From NCBI RefSeq assembly GCF_021869535.1, contig NW_026262712.1, positions 48,856,001-48,920,000 on the forward strand: DNA of 64,000 nt, read 5' to 3'. Each line of letters opens with the position of its first letter. Within the stretch, counting starts at the first letter, position 1. The translations under genes were made by a program, and so were the position numbers. The DNA comes from Mytilus californianus (lineage: Eukaryota). Shown piece by piece: positions 1-13,500 of this stretch. A model generated the notes under the pieces. That model was not told where the DNA came from, made no database searches, and saw only the letters and a program-made list of their open reading frames with translations.

Positions 1-564
1 GTAGAACGAAGTGTTGTCCGGTCCTTTTCATCAAATCATGGACAATGGATTTGTATTCTAATCAGATTGGGTTTGCGCATTGTTGAAGGTCGTGGTGTGA
101 CCTATAGTTGCATACATGTACCTATTTTGGTGTTGATACAAGCAGTTGAAACGCACAACTGAAGATTGTTCATATATTCAAAGATCGTCGAGTATTGAAT
201 ACTATTACAACGAACTTTTCACATCAATTTTCTATTTTCCTAAATAGATATCTTATCGAGGTATTTAAATATCTGTTTAGCAGAAACAACAGACATGACA
301 GATATAAAGCAAGTGATTCGAATATTGGAAAAGGTATATTGTTGTTTCCTGTGATATTGAATCTTGAACTTTAAATCGTAAATGCATATAGCTAGTAACA
401 TTGCTTTGTTAATGATAAATTAGAACATAACTTAAAAAGTATTTCTTAACAGCTATGAACATTTGCGGTCCTACATTCTGTCGATACTAAAATTTTGGCA
501 TTGCACAAGGTAATGTTTTTTTCGTATTTTTACCTCAGACTGTTTATGATATCGACACTAAATC

Positions 565-985
565 AAGTGGATGTGTACTGATTGATATGTTAGTCAGGGC
601 CACAAAATATATGTATCAGTTGTAATTGGCTTTGAACTAGATTTCAGTAGCTACGAGTACGCCGAGATTGGTATTTTCCATTTTTAGTCTTGTTGTTATT
701 TTTTTTTTTAGTGATTTGTGTCAATCTGATAGTTCAAATTCTTTTAACTGATTTTTACATTTTTGATCTTATGTTGTGCTTTACACAACTATCTGTGATT
801 GTCGCAAGACAGGGGACTGTAACTCAGTGGTTGTCGTTGGTCGCTGTCTGTTATATTTGTTTTTATTATTGTTTTGCAAAGAGTAAGGCCGTTGGTTTTC
901 AAGCCTGACACGTTTATAATTGTTGGTCTTGTCGGTGCCTTTTATAGCTCACTTTATGAAATGAGGTTTGCTCAATCTAATTGAT
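565..985 (+). mobile_element. Degenerate copy of an abundant bivalve interspersed repeat (called family A here)
   Basis: TTGGCTTTGAACTAG...TCAGTGGTTGTCGTT...GGCCGTTGGTTTT...CCTTTATAGC motifs are shared with the minus-strand copies at 40485 and 57725. Confidence 0.6.
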
Positions 986-1194
986 ATACAAATCATGTGT
1001 TTTGCTCATAACTATCCGTTCTTCTTTCTGTTTAATATTACTTTTGTGGAGCTTCTGGATTTGTCAAAATGATCCACACCTTCAAACATTTAGAGGCAGA
1101 CATTCGTTAGTTATATTTACTACCACAAAGAGTAGAACGGAGTGTTGTCAGATCCTTTTCAGCAATACGTGGCCAAAGGATTTGTATTTTAATC

Positions 1195-1315
1195 AGAATG
1201 GGTTTGCTCATTGTTGAAGCTCGTACGGTAACCTATAGTTTCTTCCATTTCGTCATTTGGTCTATGGTGGATAGTTGTCTCCTTGACAATCAAACCACAT
1301 CTCCATATTGTTATA
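1195..1315 (+). mobile_element. Family A 3' tail
   Basis: GCTCATTGTTGAAG...ACCTATAGTT...AGTTGTCTC...ACCACATCTC. Confidence 0.65.
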
Positions 1316-2959
1316 TAGTAAAAATTCAAGAAATCTCAAAAACAGCACACTTGTCAAAACATATGGCTTGCATATAGCCTTATTCCAGACGGTTTTATAA
1401 TTCATCTCTAGCAGATAAAATTATCTCCATCATTATGCAACTGTAAAACTGTTGTTTTGTTTTCTTTCCTCTCATCTATTTGCTGGAATATCGTTTTGTA
1501 TATCCTTCTTCGACATGCAGTTTTATTTGCCCACGTGGTACCTTGTCTACGTCTTTTTTTAAACTTACAGCCACATAAGACATCAAATCTGTATACAATG
1601 CCTCCCCGACAATTTACCTTTTATTGTTAATTACAATGAATAGAGTTTCAAACATTTTGCACTTCAATTATAACATCAGAATGTTTACGAAAAATTAATG
1701 AAGTATTTGTAAATACTGACATTTTTCATACTTTTGTCGAATCACTATAGGTAAGATACAGTAATAACTCTTACTCGATAAAGGATGAGTGAGAACTGTG
1801 ACAAGTCAATTTGATACCGATCCTATCATGCATGGAGCTGATTAAAAACGAGATTTACAAATTATAGTCCCATTCTTAAGAAATACAATGGCGTGAGAAG
1901 CACGAAATCTAGATCATAATCACAATTTTGAAATATTTACGAAATAAAGTCGCTATATATGAAAGCCTATCAAAAAATACAAGTGAAAATGAATTCTAAT
2001 TTTACTTGTTCTTGCAACACAACGAAACAAGAGGGTACACAGCGCCTGTATCGCTGACCTGCGATTATGCCAATGTAAAAAATTTCTTTGTCCTGTCATA
2101 ATAAACCTATTTACTAAAAGTTTGTTGTAAAAAGGACACTCCATGTCGTAAATATTCCTCACATGTTCAGTCTTCATTGGCCATGTTAAGTGTCTGGAAG
2201 TCTCAAATAGGTATCAAAGGGAACCTGTGATGCCGATTCCTCTATCCAATTCCATTCTTTATTTTATTTCAGATTTCCCTTCATCCATGTAAATTTTATT
2301 AGGCACTTTACTTTCAGTTCATATATCAATCATGATGATAGCTACAGATAACAATATATGTTGTATGATTTAATAGTACAAGTCAACGAGTCCTGTTAAA
2401 ATGAATTTTAAAACAGTTACTATTGTTGAAAAATTCACATCCTTTTACTTATTCATGTTGAAAAAACGAGATAGAAAGTTTCTAATAAATGGTGTAAATC
2501 TATTGTTTTGAGTGCATAGGGTGATTCATAATATTACTATTATGTTAACTCTATTGTTTGATATATTTCGACATAACAAAAAACGCCTTCTTGTGTTCAT
2601 AATTATACATGTAATGTTTTTGTTTTCATGTAAATTAAGATACGATATTTTTAACGCATGAAAATTCCTCGCTAAATAATGAATACCAGTTCAATCTAAA
2701 GTTTGGAAAAGACAAGAAATGTCGTCTTTGTACAACTTATGTCTCATTATTTCCAAAATATTATAAACGTTTAGATTATTGGTCTAAAATTTAAACTTTT
2801 AACAAGAATAACATCTTGAATTACACTTATCTCTCCATACAATATAAAAGACCAAAATGTCTATAATAGTTGTTGTAGGTTTCTTATCAGTTGTCGATAT
2901 TTCTCTAAATCTTAGCTGATGTAAATAAAATTCATCCAAGTCACGAGGCTTATTAGGCG

Positions 2960-3200
2960 TTTCTGGTTTCTCGTTTTGTATATAAATTACTAGTAAACAG
3001 TTGGTTTTTCTGTTTGAATGGTTTTAGACTAGTCATTTTTGGGGCCCTTTATAGTTTGCTGTTCGGTGTGAACGAACTTTTTGAAGGCTCCGTGTTAAAG
3101 GCCGTACTTTGACCTATAATAATAATGGTTTACTTTTACAAATTGTGACTTGGTTGGAGAGTTGTCTCAGTGGCACTCATACCACATCTTCTTATATCAT
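2960..3200 (+). mobile_element. Family A 3' part (second subfamily)
   Basis: GGGGCCCTTTATAG...GGCCGTACTTTGACCTATAAT...GGAGAGTTGTCTCA.TGGCACTCATACCACATCTTC, also at 33700, 40115, 42490, 44195 and inverted at 21015. Confidence 0.75.
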
Positions 3201-3218
3201 ATTATATTCATGATATTG

Positions 3219-3260
3219 GACGCCAGACGCCTTTCGTCTACAAAACACTCATCAGTGACA
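3219..3260 (-). ncRNA. Degenerate minimal type I hammerhead ribozyme motif
   Basis: Minus strand reads TGTCA-CTGATGA-GTGT.TTTGT.AGAC-GAAA-GGC-GTC-TGGCG: core boxes, stem II with one mismatch, stem I TGTCA/TGGCG. Confidence 0.55.
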
Positions 3261-4525
3261 TCAGAATAACAAAGTTTAAAGGCCAAATCAAAATTTCCAC
3301 AAGTGTTTAAGTAGTTTTATAATCAACGTTTGATGCCACAACTGTATCTCGTGCAATACGATATTTCTTCAATTTCGACTGTGAAATTGTTCATGCATTG
3401 AGACACCCAATCGCTCTCTTATTGACGGAAATGCAAATTTGACTGCCAGATAACAATATTAAACTAATATTTTGAAGCACTCTTCGTTTTTTCTATCAAG
3501 ATCTTGAAAAGTTTATTTACTACCCATTTATCAGATCAATGATGATGAAAGTAGGAAAAGGTTTAGTTTATTTACTTCAAAGTTAATATTCGATTCCGAA
3601 TGTGGACTATTTATTTAGATAATATTTCATATAGATTTGATATTTCATGAAAGGTTAGATAAATGCCCTTAACATATTACAGATAAAAGCAAATTTGGAT
3701 ATTATTCATCTCGGTACAATATTATATTTATTGTAACTTGAATCATTGGCTCATTACATAGATATGAAATATCTAAAAAAAAAATAAAAAAAGGAGAAGA
3801 TAATGATAAGGAGGTAATCAAATATAAAACCACAAGTTAATACACCACGGCTATATGATTTGTTTTGTTTTGTTGATGTTTTTTGTTGGGGGAAGGGTAT
3901 TTATTAGCTAACTTGTTTCTTTGTGTTTAACTGGAATTTATTATTCATTTGACAGAATTAGTTCATATATTTTGCAGTATTGTCAGATTAAAGATTCCTT
4001 GAAATGTAGCGAACTACTAGATCGATCAATTGAACATGTTTAACTTGAAGTTATTCCTAGACTATGTCTGTTCCTGATTTAAAACAACAGCTTGTGATTC
4101 AATAAATCTGTAAGAAAAAAAAGAAGACAGTCCGAAAGAGTCCATTATGTGTTGTTTTCAATCTACTTTATAGTAATTAACGAACACAATGGTATTATGT
4201 AAATTTGTTTTTGCATGACGTGACTTTGAGAATTGCAGGACAAACAATATACACAATACAACAGTAGGATTACAGATTTCCGTTGATAAGGAGAAAGGCA
4301 ATGATAACAAAATTAAATAAATAAGACAAGTTCTTTTGTTAAAAGAAAATTTGAGAAGCTGTATTTAATCAGTACAAAATACTTACCGTAGTATTGTCGG
4401 TATATGTAAGACAGGAAATATGATCTTTCAGTTCAATATAAATTAAATGAAACTTCCTAGATAATGTTAAGGTGTTCGTAGAAAAAAGTTTGTCTGTTGT
4501 GCTGCAATATACATGTACAATAGCT

Positions 4526-4592
4526 ATGTTTCATTTGTTGTGTATCCTTTGCGTTACAATTGTATTGCTTTGCAAAGTTTCAGAAACTAAAG
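4526..4592 (+). CDS. Gene 1 exon 1, signal peptide
   Basis: MFHLLCILCVTIVLLCKVSETK, hydrophobic core, phase-1 donor AG|GTAGGA. Confidence 0.8.
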
Positions 4593-7500
4593 GTAGGATT
4601 TATACGTGTTTGTTTATCTTTTATTTATTCTACACTTCATGCTATTAAGTAAAGTTGATCGAAATCTTAATATTTGTATTTCGTTAATGACGAATAACAC
4701 TAAAATCACGATATTAAGAAAGCCTGTTTAAATATACTATTTGGTTAAAAAACTTATTTGATTTTACTTTACTCATATACTCTTTTTCATTATTTTTAAA
4801 AATGAATTAACTGTGACAGTCTTGCTTTGTTTTAGGAGAACCAACACGTGCATTTTTAACTAACAGTACCTTTAGTTGGTCTGATGCAATCGGCAAGTGT
4901 AGACTGATTCAAAATGAAACGACTATTCCTTATTCGCAATCCCCGACAGGACTGGGATGGACGAATATATCCGCAGAATATTTACCCTGGGTAGAGTATT
5001 TAGGTAAGAACATTCCGAGTATATGTTGTTAGATTGTTTGAAGTAGTACATGTATGTTTTAATCTGGACAGTATCATTTACTTGGGTGGTTGTTAATCGT
5101 TTTCTAAAACCATATGCCCTTACATTTAGTTACATCCGTAAATTCTTTCTCAAATTCAATGTGAATTTTGAAATGTTCTATCAGTAATCAACATCGATCA
5201 CCCTCATTTGTAAATTGTACAGAAACAAAATCTTTTAATATCCATTTTCGAAGTGTTACTAACCTATACTAAAATATTCAAGTGAATTAATGTTGCTTCA
5301 TATGTGTATTTATTGCTTATCAAATATGATAAAACCGCTAGAATGTTTTTAGTTGGACAAACGATCTCTCGTATGACCGACATTATTTAAATGACAGATT
5401 TTTTCAATATCTTTTCAATTGAACTATGTTACTGACTACCCCTATAAAGCTAACATTTGATTAGTTTGGATAGTTTGTCCTATTGGTTCAATGGTGGTTT
5501 TTTTTTCTAATTAATCTTTTTTGTATTTTTTTTGGTATTGTCCAACTGTAGTTGGGTTTTCAGCAATCTACTGTCGACTGATGATATAAAATTCTTACTT
5601 TTACAGTTTTAACTATGTACCTCTCCAAAAAAAACATGAAATGTAGGAATTGAACGTGTATATATGCGTATGTGTGTGTGTGTTCTCAGTAACGGTTGTT
5701 TTGGTTTTTTTTTTTTTTCAAAACCGGTTACTTATACTGTGAACGCACTATGTAGTGATCCGTTTTGAGTAAATACGATTCCCAAAGGTTTTTCTGTTGC
5801 CTTGAGTAGTCCGATTAATCGAAGTATGAAATTTAAATATCGGTACATTACTGTTGCCTACACTTATCGACAATGCAGATTATTACAGAAATTCAAATTT
5901 TGTTGTTGTCTCCTTGCCAGCCAGCCACCTTACAGTTCTCATTTCAATCTTATATTTGTATACATATATATTACAATATGTAATTTGGATTTGACTTTTT
6001 TATATTAAGTGATATTTAATCAATCGCGGTGGTGTTATGATTTTGTTCCCGCTGTATATGCATGATATTTGTTTAACATTTCTAAAACAAAAAATAAAAC
6101 AATGAAATGAAATGAAGAAGTATGTTTTTGCATTCTATCATTGCATGTAATTATATAATAAAACAAGATCTTCAATATAAAATATATCGACAGAATATTA
6201 GAAAGGAAAGAAGTATTCTCAACGCTATGGACAGTTCAAGATAATTGAATATCATATACATTAGGCATTAAGCTACAGTCTTTTGAACATGGATCCATTT
6301 TCAATTTCATTTGTTAAATTGAAACGTAATCTTATTGACAACCCTGGTTGAATAAATCATCACAATATACTTGTTTTCCTGAAGAAAGATTGGAAGTAAG
6401 AGGTACAGAAATCTGTTTAGTCAAATATCTATACGACCTGGTTAAATATTGTCTTAATGAGGATGTTTGTGGACTTTAAGCAACCAGCACAGAAACAGGG
6501 TATTTGAATCGTCATCTTTGTGTTAATACCAAAGGAGAGGCGTCAGTTTTGCTGTGAATTCCAAGTTTTTTTTAGTTAATCGTTCCAATTGTCTGCATAT
6601 AGGAACAATTTTGTGTGAAGCTTTGTCTTTTCGATTAATAAAATAAATGTCGTGAAGCGAAAATGAAGCATCTACTACTACTGGACTCCAGTTTTAGTGC
6701 ATCTGATTCAGGCTTGATCTATTCCGGAATAGTCCTCAATTGCATCCTCTAGTAACCTGGAGTACTATTTCAAGTTGATGGGCAGGGGAAATTGCTATTT
6801 AGGACTTAAACAATAGATGAAATAAACATCTACAGAGGTTAGTACTCATTATACGTATCACCGACAAAGTACAATAACGATAGCGTTTCATCATCGCAAA
6901 CATGCATCTCGATAGATTTAAAGTATTATATTTGAATTATCTATCAGCTGTAGTACGGTGGAACATAAGTCGTAAAAATAAAGATTAAGATAGCATTCCA
7001 CTATTAAATGTGTGATGTAAGTTCTATATACCCATCATGCCCATTAGTAATACGATGTAAAATGTCAGTCATAGAGTTGACACAAATCAAGACGTATTAT
7101 ATGTTTCTTATATTTCATTGGTGTAGTCGTCAACCACGAGCTCGATCGGAATATAATAGACTAAGGTTTAGAATGAGCATAATACTTCCCTACTTCAGTT
7201 CCATATATCATTGAATCATATTTGTATTGTTTATATACAGGGTGCTTCAAGATGTGGGAAGGAAAAGGCTTAAATGCCATACAAAAACATGTTACAGATG
7301 GTGAACAGCTTAAAGAATGTATTTTACGCTGCGAGGAGTATCAATTTCTTGGTTTGCAGGTAATAAGTAGTAGAGGAAGGTTCAAATATGTATGAGTGGA
7401 AGTTAAATCTTTATATTATTATTTTGCATATTCATAATAACTTACTTCGTTCAGAAAGAGTCACATGTTGAACTGGATTTTTAAGGGCAAAAAAACAACA

Positions 7501-10500
7501 GATAGAAAAGTGATATTGCACAGTAATAATAAAAATATAAAAAAATATATAAAAAAGCTCAATCCTTTGCTTTGCAATCGTACCAGCCAATAATTCATTT
7601 ATTCATTTCTTGTTTTGCTCTATTTTCAGTGTATTGATTGATTTTAGCCTTTGTATGTGGTCAATACATCCTCGTATAGACCTCATAAAAAGGCTACAGT
7701 TGTAAAATAATGCTTTTAATTTGTGATAATTTCACTGAAATGTAATTAAATTTTCGTATTACTTCAAAATTACGCTGATGTAGTAGGGAATTAAAAAGAG
7801 CAAGTTATAAGTACATATTTTGGCAGTAACATGACTCATGGGTGCTGTTTGATTTATAAATACAACTCCGTAAGAATACGAAATGTGAAAATTTACGATA
7901 ATCAATTATTCGGCCCTTAATAAGCTTAGGGCCGGATACAAAATTATACTGTTAGACAGTGGATATTAACATATGACAAAATCATTATAATTTATAGTAT
8001 TGTTATGTTTATAAACTTGTATTGAGCATAGACGAAAAACTGTCATTTCATGAATACTTTTCTAACATGCAAGCATGTGTATGTTAATGCTACTGATTAC
8101 ACCGCTAGACGAAATAGATAAAAAAAATGGTTTCCGCTTAGAATTTCTAAACAAATATATAACATTTAATATAAACATTTCCTGCTTATGTCTCAACTGG
8201 AACATTCTAAACGCAAGTGTTAAAAATATGATACATGTATACATTTCAGGCAAATTCATCGCAGTGTGAAGAATCTCAGCTGTTATTAACGAAACAAACG
8301 TTTTTTTTTTTTAGTTTTCAATAGAAGTGGCACTTTCGCTTTTCCGATGTTAAAAAAAGTTGTTCAGTAATAATACTTGATAATTCATTTATAACATGGA
8401 CAAAAAGTTTTTTTGATAATTTTTATGAACAGAAACAGTTCAGTATCGAAAAGCAATTGTAGATCTTGTAAACATTATGTAATATTTATCTTTATTTTTC
8501 TCAACACAACAACTCAAAGGATATGTCCGCGTCGTATCCTTATTTTAATGAGCTTAAGGGATCAACTCTCTTCAGATTATTTTCACACATTGACCTGCTG
8601 TATATTCATAGCGATACGGAAGGACCAACATTTCACCTATTAACATTGATGAACAAATGTGCATGCATTTTGTACCTCAGAGACAAGCTTGTAATCAGCG
8701 AAAAAAATTATCTTTTCTGATGTTTTTAATAATTCGTCAATGTGGAAAAATATTATATTTGTTTTATTCAGAGATCCATAATTGATGAAGCTAGCGTAAC
8801 GACAAATTAATGCGAACAGCGGTATTTTCTGTACCTACTGCAATTTTGGTTTAATGTACACTGTGATAATCACACATAGAAAAGGATAACAATTAATAAC
8901 ATATTATATATATTTGTTTATTTTCGTACATTATATTTATATTTGTAATAAATGTACCACATTTTCTGTTCTTGTAGAAATCGTTATGTATCTGCCTACG
9001 TAATTTCACACTAACAGAGGAATTTATTGAGACCCATTGTGATAGAAACGTGACAACATGTTCCGGGGATCGGTTTGCCTTTTGTGGAAAGGAAGACGGA
9101 AATGGTTACCTTTCTGTGTATAAAAAAGGTATTTCCCACATACACGTGTGTCCACATTAAATATTACAAATAAGTTGAAAAACAAATGATGGCTAGATTG
9201 TCAAGTTAGAGACAACCATCCATGACCATCCATATAATAGTTATAAGTTTAAGCTATATGTACAAGCAATTCATTTGATGCTTTCATTATCTGTTATACT
9301 CACACATTACAGCATGTTCTATGTTTTTGATATGTTATGCCCGTCCTCATTGATGGTATGTATACTTATACCATGTTTAGCATACAAAAAGGGATATTCT
9401 TTAAATTGTTTGATAGAATCAGTTCACCATGAGGTTAAAATAGAAAATATAAACATTATTAAAATGCCTTTGCAAATTGTAAACCATTGAGGCTTGAACG
9501 CATCTCCGCGAAATAATCATTTTTCAGCCTGATAAAAACACTAAAAACATCATATATTTTCTCAAAAACTAAAATAAGAACATTGTGCCGCGAAAGAAGT
9601 AAAGCAAATTATCTATAACAAAGATTGTGCAAGAAAACGATTTAATTTGGTGTGAATACAAATAAAATAGCACATTTGAAATGAAGTCCTCGTTTTCTTG
9701 TCATACAAAATATTGCTTTCAAATCTTATATTTACAACCGAAGTAAATGATGGATAAACATTATATATAAAATTACAATAAACAAACAACCGTATTGAAT
9801 TTCAATTAAATTTGTGACAAAAGTGCATTGCATATTTTTTCCAACAAACAAACGCACGTTCTATAAAACTAAGAAGGCTTCGCTATGTTAATTTTATACT
9901 AAGACATAAAGATCTTACTTATAGGAGTATTTCCTTGTTTAGATATCTCAGTTTTCATGTTTTGTAACATTTCCCCTAGTTAAGCCATTCACTTTCAAAG
10001 TAAACAGAGCTTGGCGCATTTTACGGCACCATGATTAAGTGCAGAAACTTCAAGGAAGGAATTACAGAAGTAAATGTAAGAGCAATTCGGAAAATTTGTT
10101 CTAAAAGTTACCGATTCATTTATCTAGTCCCAAAGGAGTGCCAGACAAATCAAGGTCAAAAGTCACGGTTTATGTCTTATTTCAATATGACTAAACGGCG
10201 ATGTTAGTAATACATCATGAGACAACATCCAAAACGACAAGATAACAAGCGTGATCTAGGTGTCACCAGGTTAGATTTTATCTGTTCTTATATATGCTAC
10301 AAATCATATAGTGAGACTTATCAGTGATTTTTAACGATGGTTTGCCATCCTAATTGATTTCTCTGGTGTTTGTATATTGATTAGCAATGTTAACACTTTC
10401 ATGCAGTTTTAGTGCCGTAGAACTGTGATCCGTTATAATTGAAGTGGAAACTCGTTGAAATCGGGAATATAAAGTTTAGCTCCACCATAGCTTATTTGTT

Positions 10501-13500
10501 CATATAATCGTAAGCTTGTTTTATTTGTATGTTCTTAAGTAAATGTTGATGATACATATGGTAACATTGGAAACTGCTTGTTTGTAAACACAAGTAATTC
10601 AAACGATTTCAAAGCCAAGGAATGCTCAACAAAATTCCATCACATATGTTTGAATTGTAAGTATATGTATACTGTAAGGCATCAGCTACTAGATATAATG
10701 TAAACATTTCTATGTCGATTTTGTGACTGTAGTTTACTATACATGTATATATGAGTAGAAAATATGATACACATCTATAGAACTCACGGCAGTAAAAAAT
10801 CTATACTTTCATCAGCAACCGTAAAACAAGTTGTTGGTTATAATATCAATCGGGTAAATGAAGTGTAACACGTGATAAAACGAGACAGTTTCTACACGTA
10901 AACAGTTTGTGAGTAACTCTTGAGTAAACGAAAATCATAACTAATAATTAGTAGGTCGACATAAATGTGGTAGACCTCACTTCGAGACCAACAAAGGAAC
11001 GAAATAGAAGTAGTAAGTCTTCCGCGAAACCAACAAACATGACCCATATAAAAATAGAAGACCTAACCAAAAGTGACTCATTTAATGCATAAAATACAAA
11101 ATTACCTCATTTTGAGATCTTACCACACCTACTACATTTCTTAAGGTTAATCTTGCTGGTTCAACGTCTATGAGGGACTAAAAAGGACGAAATTGTTTCC
11201 AAAATTTAATTTTACTGCTATAAATATATTTGTGTGTGACTACCTTAACATGCGGTGGGAAAGAGAGTGAGAGAAATGCTAATGAAATATGATACACAGA
11301 ATATAGATGATTATACTATTTACAAACATCATCCCGGAGCACCCCTGTGATTCCAGTATGATATGTACTTAACTACGTTTCCAACAACCCTATACAAATC
11401 AAGTATATAATACTGGTTACATTCTTCAATGAAGGTAAACGTAGACTAGTGAGATGAGAATTACTTTGTAACCGGAACGTTATATTAAAAAACAAGAAAA
11501 AAGCCAAGAAATTACAAGTTATTTATCATATATAACTGTTGCAATATATTTTGGCTTATCTATATTTAGTTTAGAAAGTTACAATTCCTTTACCGTTCAA
11601 AATTCGACAATTACCTTTGTGGCTTAGCATATTTTCCTAGTGATTTTATGGCACATGTTAAAGGAAAGATTAATTTGAAATCCATGACTGTAACATTATT
11701 TACCTTCAAAATCGAATTACTAGCATTACAGAAACGGGAAATGAAAAGTGGAGTTAAAAATATTCCCACTTGAAAATCAATTTCGTTTTGTCTAGACACA
11801 ACATGTACCCTATTTGTTACTGCACCTTATAGTTTGTCTGAATACCAGACAATTTCAATGTTATATATTAAGACTTTAAAAGAGAGACATAATAAAGATG
11901 TTCGAGGGATAATACTGTGAAAAATAATAATTTTAAAATGTAAACTGTTTCAGCTAATGAGACTGGATTCAATCTGCAAAGTACAACTAAGTCTAATTGG
12001 AAAGATGCCTTTGGTTACTGCAAAAACCTGGCAAGCTATAATTTAGTTAGAGGCAAAATAAATACAATAAACGTTTTAGAATCATTTTGGCTTTCTAATA
12101 CCAGACGATGGACAAGAAAAAGAGGTGAGTATATGTATATAAACTCATCATAGATACTAGGAACACAATTGTGTACGCCAGACGCGCAGTCTTTTGTATG
12201 GCAGTATTAAATTCTGTTTGATATCGCATATTGTCCTACCGAGCGTTTAAAAATACCATTGTTAGACCATTATCTGTTTCTATCGTTTGTTGTACTTTTT
12301 CCCCTTTGTTACCATATTAAAATTTAACAAGTTTCTAGATCTGTTCGTTGTAATTGTTTGGTTGTTCTTCCGATCAAGTCCACGTGGTTCTATAGGATAT
12401 CTGGCAATAAACTTTTAGTGCAATAAAAGCTAGTCCTACTATACCACCAGAAAGAGTTTACGGGAAGACAGTCTTCATATGTTGTAAATGAACATCCAAT
12501 TTGGATTTTTAACACGATATAATTCCATGTATTCAAACGTTTTAAATATCTAAAATTTAATTGTCGACAATGGAGAAATGTTTCCGTAGCGATTGTGTAG
12601 TTGATATTATATATCGTCCGGTTGAAGCTATATTTCAGGTGACCATTAACGGTCACTTAATTGATCTGCAAGAAAACTGTAACTTCCTTGTCATATTGAT
12701 AAAATGTCGAAACCGGAGAACTTCGAAGACTTAATGATGTCAAAATTAAATTTTCACAAAAGAAAACCAGAGACAAAGCCAACAACATTTGGATCAACCA
12801 GGATTGATTCATAGTATGCATAGATAGTGATGCAAGAGTCCTACATGGAACTGTAATATAATAAAATACATTTCAAAAATATAAGATAGATTTTTTGTAT
12901 CCATCTTAAATGAAAAATGAATGTCATTGCAACATATAACCTGTCGATATAACACGTAACCAGCTTTTTCTCGTAAATTAAGGCGACAGTATGTCAAACC
13001 AATGTTCAAATCCGGTAAATCGATTTAAAAGAGACAAATCAAGGTAACAAACAAAAACTGAGGAAGCCGCATGAACTCCAAAAGGAGCGAGACCGGTTGC
13101 ATCCACAGGGTAAGCATCTCCTGCTATGCATGTAACCCGTCATTAAAAAATCACATTCAATCAAAAATGTGCCAATAGGGAATACGGCACAATTGATAAA
13201 AATACAGATAAGACCATCACTCCGTTATTTAAAGATTTAAGAACTCTAAAACATGTCGCATGTGAGTAATTCGTATATGACAACTTCAGCAAAAAGGAGT
13301 TTGATAGTCCTGTCAAGGTAAATACCCAAACAGAATTTTAGAGAGTTTGGTTTTCTTTATGTGTGTGTGTGTTCAATTGATAGTAGGCATGACTGATGAT
13401 ATGATAGTCTTTTGTAAACCGTAACCGTTTCAAAATATTATACCAATGTGCAGTTAAAGATAACCGCCACACACAATAAAATGGATACTGAGCAAATGAC

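Noticed and set aside
6230-6760. Protein-like minus-strand stretches in gene 1 intron 2 (e.g. GKQVYCDDLFNQGC)
   Set aside because: Multiple stops, no splice pattern and no recognisable family; needs blastx before any call.
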